This document shows, in pieces, positions 62,258-64,000 of a DNA stretch of 64,000 nucleotides; the stretch's first letter is position 1; each line of letters starts with the position of its first letter. Origin of the DNA: the human T2T-CHM13v2.0 reference genome, Homo sapiens. The translations under genes were made by a program, and so were the position numbers. The notes beneath the pieces were generated by a model that worked only from the letters and a program-made list of their open reading frames with translations, was not told the origin of the DNA and made no database searches. Location of the stretch: the NCBI RefSeq assembly GCF_009914755.1, contig NC_060933.1; one strand, written 5' to 3'.

Positions 62258-64000
62258 ACGGAGTATTGAATTTTGAGAGTTCTTTATACAAGTCCTTTGT
62301 TAGAGAGGTGATTTGCAAATATTCTCCCCAACTGTGGCTTTTATTTTCCCTCACTGTTTTCTTTTCAGTCACTTAAAAGTGACCTTTAATAAGCAGAAGT
62401 TCTTAATTTTGATAAATTACAATTTATTATTGTTTTTTATTGTGTGTCCACTTACTGTTGCATTTAAGAAACTGATATCTTATCCCAAGTCACAAAGATT
62501 TTTACCTGTTCACTTTTAACAGTTTTATAGTTCCATATTTTGCATGTACATGTCTACAATTTATTTTGAGTTATACATGTATGCTTGTGAGTGTGAGGAC
62601 TATATCAAGGTTTTTGTTTGTTTTGTTTTGTGTGCTGTGTATGCATATATTCAATGGTATCAGCACTATTTATTTAAAAGAGTATCTTCTCTTCATTAAT
62701 TGCTTTTCCACATTTGTTAAAAATCAATTGACTGTAAGTGGCTCCATTTCTGGACTGTTCATTCTGTTCCATTTTCCTACTTTCTACCTTTTATCAATAC
62801 CACACTTTTGATTGCTCCAGCTTTTTAGTAAATCTTAAAATCCAGTAGTGAGAGTCCTCCAACTTAATTTTTCTGTAGAAAAATCATTTTGGCTTCTAAT
62901 TATTTATCTTTCCATATAAATTTCAATATTGACTACAATATTAACTACAAAAAGTCCTGTTGGGACTTAATGACATTTTGTTGAGTTTATCACTTTGGGA
63001 AAAAGTGATGTCTTAACAACAATGACTCTTCTTATCCGTAAACATGATAGATCTCTTATTTTGTTCTTAATTTTATTTAACATAATTTGGTAGCTTTGTG
63101 TCTTCAGACCTTGCACATACTTTGTATCTCATAATTTTGACCCTATGTAAATGTTAATTTAAAAATTACTTTCTGATTTTTTATTGCTAGTATACAAGCA
63201 TACAATTGATTCTTGTATTTTGAGTTTATATCCTTTAATCTTTCTAAGCTCAGGTATTACTTATCATAGTATTTGTTGTAGATTCTTTGAATTGCCTTTC
63301 ACAGACCATCATGTTAAGGCAAACAGAGACAGTTTTATTTCTTCTTTCTCAATCTGTATGCAATTGTTTTCTATTTCTTGCTTTATTGCCCTGGATTGGA
63401 CCTTCAGGAGAACACTGAATAAGAGTAGCGAGAATGGGCATCCATTTTCTTTTTTCTTTCCTCCCCCCGAGATGGATTCTCGCTCTGTCGCCCAGGCTGG
63501 AGTGGAGTGCCGAGATCTCAGCTCACTGCAAACTCCGTCGCCCGGTTCAAGCAATTCTGCTGCCTCAGCCTCCTGAGTAGCTGGGATTACAGGCGTGCAC
63601 CCAGCTAATTTTTGTATTTTTAGTAGGGACGGAGTTTCATCACGTTAGCCAGGCTGGTCTCGAACTCCTGACCTCATGATCTGCCCACCTCGGCCTCCCA
63701 AAGTGTTGGGATTATCTATGCCCGGCCACTATTTTCTTAATCTTTCTTACAAGAAGAGCATTCAGTCTTTCACCATTCAGTATGACATTAGTTGTAGGTT
63801 TATGGTATATGCCCTGTCATAGAGAAAAGTTATTTTCTATTCCTAGTTTACAGTGTTTAATCATAAATCAATACTGAATTTGGTGAATATTTTTTCCGTA
63901 TTCATTGGGGTGCTCATATAGGTTTTCTTGTTTATTCTTTTGAAAAGGTGAATTAATTTATTTTCAAATGTAGAACTAATCTTGCATTCACAGAGTAAAC
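62258..64000 (-). mobile_element. Old L1M (MC/MD-like) ORF2 3' region
   Basis: Antisense ORF2 peptide [22 protein letters not shown]...KLSLFA. Confidence 0.8.
63445..63727 (-). mobile_element. AluS (Sg/Sc-like) with small deletions
   Basis: Antisense Alu inside L1; cctgacctcatgatctgccc. Confidence 0.9.

Overview
Primate (most likely human) genomic DNA made up largely of transposable elements, with no intact protein-coding gene that I can support. It holds a near full-length but inactivated L1PA-type LINE-1 (1-5783) and a roughly 11 kb nested complex (13375-24912): an old full-length L1MA-type element carrying a partial HERV-L provirus, a younger L1, THE1, Alu and Tigger3b. There are solo LTRs (MER52, THE1, MLT2B, LTR12 and others), a complete two-LTR THE1D MaLR, DNA transposon fossils (two Tigger3b, MER44, MER5), 13 Alus and L2/MIR remnants. 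The only cellular-gene-derived sequence is an IMP3 processed pseudogene (minus strand, about 50657-51689). It lacks a poly(A) tail, is fused to a 5'-truncated L1 and appears to share one target-site duplication (TSD) with it, which suggests an mRNA-L1 template-switch chimera. Other notable structures are two locally templated inverted insertions, a twin-primed inverted L1 and a very young AluYc1-like insertion. I found no convincing evidence of a wholly new biological system; the best findings are locus-specific retrotransposition and repair events. Subfamily names come from recalled consensus sequences and need RepeatMasker/Dfam confirmation.
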